From Nemertoderma westbladi (taxonomy: Eukaryota > Animalia > Xenacoelomorpha): 64,000 nucleotides of DNA. Location of the stretch: the NCBI GenBank assembly GCA_032718475.1, contig JAUCBJ010002711.1, positions 1-64,000 on the forward strand, in the 5' to 3' direction. Shown here in pieces: positions 60,653 to 64,000 of this stretch (positions are counted from its first letter, which is position 1; each line of letters begins with the position of its first letter). A model generated the notes under the pieces. That model was not told where the DNA came from and did no database searches. It saw only the letters and a program-made list of their open reading frames with translations. The position numbers and the translations under genes were made by a program.

Positions 60653-63529
60653 ATGAGTAGAGGAGGAGAAACGACGCCGCCGCGGACCCCGGACGACGAC
60701 CTAACGATCCGCGAGGCCACGGCGAGACGATACGAACCCACGACGCCGGTCAATGCTACGCCGACCACGTCGACGCAGGTTGACGCCACGTCGATAACGA
60801 GCAACACGGCGAACCAAGATGTGGGGGGTCGTCTACCAGGAGAGAGCGAGTCGAGTAGAGGAGACGAGTCGGGAGGAGAAGAGAAAGATGAGTCGACGCG
60901 GAGCGAGGGTCGACGTACCGATGTCACCGGTCAGCCACAGGCTGAGGACAACGAACGGCCCACTGTAACGGCGACGGTGGTGGGGCCGACGGTACGACGT
61001 CGGACCCGGAGAGACGGAGGAGGGGTCGGCGACGAGGACGTCGGGGTTTCTGATCGACTTCGACGGGCCTACAACGCGACCCGGGAACTACTAAAGGAGG
61101 CCAAAGGAGGGGCGAAGATAGACGAGGTGAGATTGATGAAACGACTAGGTGAGTCGGACAGATACTTTGATTACCTAGTGCGTTCTGGGCAGAGAGAACT
61201 AGCCGAGGAGAGAGCGAGGGGGGTTGCCAACGAACTGTCAGATTTATGGGAGTGTATGAGTATGCAACTATGCTATATAAGAGTGTACATAGGGCCATAC
61301 TTAGTCGATGCCCAGGGTGTAAAATTAGTGGGTTGGAGGAGACCGCAGGAGGGCGAATCCGAGGTTAACTCCGAGGATTCGGTCTCGTTGGTTGGAGGAA
61401 ACCCCGGAAAGCGGGGGAAAGTTGGTGGGACGGAGGGGCGACGGGAGTCCGTCGCAACCGATAAGTCTGCTACATCCCCCGCAAAAGAAAGACGGGTGCG
61501 AGAGTGTGAACGCATGGCGTATAAATTAGAAATGGTTGCGACAGAGCAGAATGAGTTAGAGAGACAATTGAGAGAGGAAACCGCATTCTCAGAGAAATTA
61601 GGAGAGTTTGCGAGGGATTATAGAGAAAAGGCCGAGGAGTGTAGAGAGAGAGCCGAGGAGTGTAGAGAGCGGGAGATGAGAGTAGAGAGCGAGACGGCGA
61701 GGTGGTATGAGACGGTTGCGAGAAAGGCAGAGTTGGCCGGGCAGAATATACGAGAGAGAGAGATAGAGAGTAAGCGCGTGCGGGATGATTTGCGTGCCCA
61801 GCTAGAGAGGCTTGCGCAATATCAAGCCAAACTGAATCAGCGCCGACTAGAACTGGCGCGGTTGGAACTATCAGAGAGTGAGACCCCACTTACAGGCACC
61901 GGGCGAGAGAACCAGAACTGGTGTAGCCGTACGGGCGGGGGGGGGGGGGGGGGTAGTAGTAGTACGTTAGAAGTAGTTAATATTAATAGTACCGTAGTAA
62001 ATAACCCTAATCCCTTTATTGCAGGAAATATTTTACCTAGTGGTAGTAATTTAAATTTAAATACGGATAATCTAAATAATAATATTAATTCAAATATTCA
62101 GAATAATTCAAATAATTCTAATTTAAATAATTTAAATCCCGTTTCAAATTCTAATAATTTAATTGATTCAGCAGATAATATTGGGAGTGGTGCTATTAAT
62201 ATGAATGTGTCAGACGTGTATAGCCCGGCAGACGGCGGCCTGGTAGGCCACGTAGTTAGTAGGCAGGAAGTGGCAGGGTTGAGCCAACCCGACGGCGGCC
62301 TGGTAGGCCACGTAGTTGGTAGGCAGGAGGTAGCGGGGTTGAGCCAACCCGAGGTGGGCCTGGTGGGCCATGCAGTAGTAGAGAGAGAGGCGGGGGTGAA
62401 TAGACCCAGCAGTAGTAGAGACAGTGCGTCGACTAGAGAGGGGTGTAGAGACGAAGTAAGAGATAGTGAAGTTAGATGTGGCGAGTGGGGGGGGGGGGGG
62501 GCTACAGGCGCCCCACCACATAAGATTAGCGGCGAGAGAGGGGGGGCAGAGAATGCCCCACGAGAGGGGTGTAGAAGTGTAGTAAGAGGTAGTGAAGTTA
62601 GAAGTGGCGGGTGGGGGGGGGGGGCTACGAGCACCCCACCGCGAGAAGTTAGTAGCGAGAGAGGGGGGGCAGAGAGTGTCCCACAGGCGTCGGCAGATAA
62701 TGCGCGGGCCGAACTAGGTAAACCGCAACACCCGGCGATGGAGAGTAGTAGGGGGATTGCGAGTATCCCCAGCGGCGTGCGATCGAGCAGAGAGAGACAG
62801 GTTGACGTCGCGAGAGGGCGGACGAAGCGTCAAGCCCGATCAGAAGAGGGAAGAAGAACAGTGGAGTTTAACCGGGGGGTCGACGAGAGACCTCACGAAC
62901 CGGAATACTACACAGAAAAGAGAAGAAGAGAAGATAGTAGAAAGAGTGTCGCCGCGAACGATAGGGGTGCGAGGACGGATAGCAGATTGTCGACAGTAGA
63001 GATGGAGTTAGGGAGTCAGTGGGGTGGAACTTCGGGAGATTGCCGTCGCCCCGGAGAAACGCACCGCACGCCAAGAGAGGGGTACAGGACGTACCAATGC
63101 AAAGTCGAGAACAGGAGAGGGGATCGAAGAGAAGCTTCCCGACGGAATATACCTACCGATCGAGAATACGGTAGCCGCGGGGAGGATTATTCGAGAAGAA
63201 TAAACTTCGATCCCGAGCGACACATGCAGACTGTAGGACATACTGTAGGCCTTACTGCACATACCATAGGCCATACTGAGAGAGGCTATGTAGGCGATAG
63301 GATAGCGCGGACGACGGGATTAAACCCGGAAGTCGCAGAATACATACCGGCGAGTAGGCCAGAAGCTGATAGGCCTATACTGGTACCAGTACAGCAGTAT
63401 GACTACAGCATGCAGGGACATAACATATACCCAGGGGAGGGGGGAATTATTGCGGATAGGTGTATGGGCCCCAACGTATTAACATCAACCCCAGTACCAA
63501 ACATACCGGTGGGGGGGGGGGCAGGGTGA
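60653..63529 (+). CDS. Long N-terminal Gag region of family A (element D), truncated
   Basis: Begins 81 nt after the LTR, with coiled-coil and low-complexity segments. Its end (CATACCGGTG..CAGGGTGACAT, 63502-63532) matches window positions 1-30, i.e. it leads into the family-A Gag-Pol. Confidence 0.85.
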   Translation: MSRGGETTPPRTPDDDLTIREATARRYEPTTPVNATPTTSTQVDATSITSNTANQDVGGRLPGESESSRGDESGGEEKDESTRSEGRRTDVTGQPQAEDNERPTVTATVVGPTVRRRTRRDGGGVGDEDVGVSDRLRRAYNATRELLKEAKGGAKIDEVRLMKRLGESDRYFDYLVRSGQRELAEERARGVANELSDLWECMSMQLCYIRVYIGPYLVDAQGVKLVGWRRPQEGESEVNSEDSVSLVGGNPGKRGKVGGTEGRRESVATDKSATSPAKERRVRECERMAYKLEMVATEQNELERQLREETAFSEKLGEFARDYREKAEECRERAEECREREMRVESETARWYETVARKAELAGQNIREREIESKRVRDDLRAQLERLAQYQAKLNQRRLELARLELSESETPLTGTGRENQNWCSRTGGGGGGGSSSTLEVVNINSTVVNNPNPFIAGNILPSGSNLNLNTDNLNNNINSNIQNNSNNSNLNNLNPVSNSNNLIDSADNIGSGAINMNVSDVYSPADGGLVGHVVSRQEVAGLSQPDGGLVGHVVGRQEVAGLSQPEVGLVGHAVVEREAGVNRPSSSRDSASTREGCRDEVRDSEVRCGEWGGGGATGAPPHKISGERGGAENAPREGCRSVVRGSEVRSGGWGGGATSTPPREVSSERGGAESVPQASADNARAELGKPQHPAMESSRGIASIPSGVRSSRERQVDVARGRTKRQARSEEGRRTVEFNRGVDERPHEPEYYTEKRRREDSRKSVAANDRGARTDSRLSTVEMELGSQWGGTSGDCRRPGETHRTPREGYRTYQCKVENRRGDRREASRRNIPTDREYGSRGEDYSRRINFDPERHMQTVGHTVGLTAHTIGHTERGYVGDRIARTTGLNPEVAEYIPASRPEADRPILVPVQQYDYSMQGHNIYPGEGGIIADRCMGPNVLTSTPVPNIPVGGGAG

Positions 63530-63563
63530 CATGATTATCCTTATTGCTACTTATTACTTATTG

Positions 63564-63738
63564 CCTTATTGCTACTCAATCGATGCCTTTCCCCCCCCCC
63601 CCTGATTGGTTGATACCCTTGTTGGCACCCTTTGGAGTGATCCCGTTCACTCCACCTGTTCTCTCTGGGTTAGGGGTTTGGCCCCTGACCCTTGTTGTGT
63701 GGTTCTCCTTCCCATTCTCATTGGGATGGCACGAGTTG
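63564..63738 (-). repeat. Inverted fragment of a family-A LTR
   Basis: Reverse complement of about 10143-10313. Confidence 0.85.
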
Positions 63739-63744
63739 TAAGTT

Positions 63745-64000
63745 GTAGTAAAATACATACGTTCGGAGAAAAATAAAAATATGGAGGGGAAGCGACTGGA
63801 AGAAGTCGCCAGGCGAGAAAGGCGGAGAAAGAGTAGTGGGTAGTAGGAATGAAGCGCGTTATGTAGACGAGCATATAATATAATACATATAATAATAATA
63901 ATTATAATATTATAAAAGAACTATACAATGACTCGTATATATATATATTATACAGTATGTACCGTAGTCAAGCACAACCTTTTCCAATTAGCTACTGGGA
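63745..64000 (+). mobile_element. Patchwork of family-A ORF3 and 3' UTR sequence
   Basis: AATACATACGTT (cf. about 9505), AAGCGACTGGAAGAAGTCGC (cf. about 7947) and CAATTAGCTACTGGGA (cf. 9549-9564). Confidence 0.7.

Noticed and set aside
154-63874. Numerous short antisense and alternate-frame ORFs, and short ORFs inside LTRs
   Set aside because: They are shadows of long coding frames or products of repeats, with no recognisable motifs.

Overview
This is eukaryotic (probably invertebrate) heterochromatin-like DNA with no host gene that I can recognise. It is made almost entirely of nested BEL/Pao LTR retrotransposons from three distinct families, called here A, B and E, plus one non-autonomous piggyBac-like DNA transposon. 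Terminal repeats and target-site duplications give a five-level nest. A family-B host (B0) was hit by a family-A copy (D, LTR starts 28794). D's LTR was split by the TTAA-flanked piggyBac-like element (28844-60061). That element contains a non-autonomous family-B copy (C, 31251-58891, TSD TTCTC), which contains a full-length family-E copy (32891-47389, TSD GAACG). Three observations stand out. (1) Families A and E both carry, after pol, an extra ORF for a DEDDy-type 3'-5' exonuclease plus CCHC-like zinc knuckles instead of env. (2) None of the three families has a recognisable tRNA primer-binding site. The bases next to each 5' LTR are instead complementary (9-13 nt) to a segment inside that element's own LTR, which suggests self-priming. 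(3) There are arrays of structured repeats: C(UUCG)G hairpins in the E LTRs, a 27-nt motif shared by the E LTRs, gag and ORF3, and about 25 hairpin units between pol and ORF3 in A. All calls were made by eye and no database searches were run.
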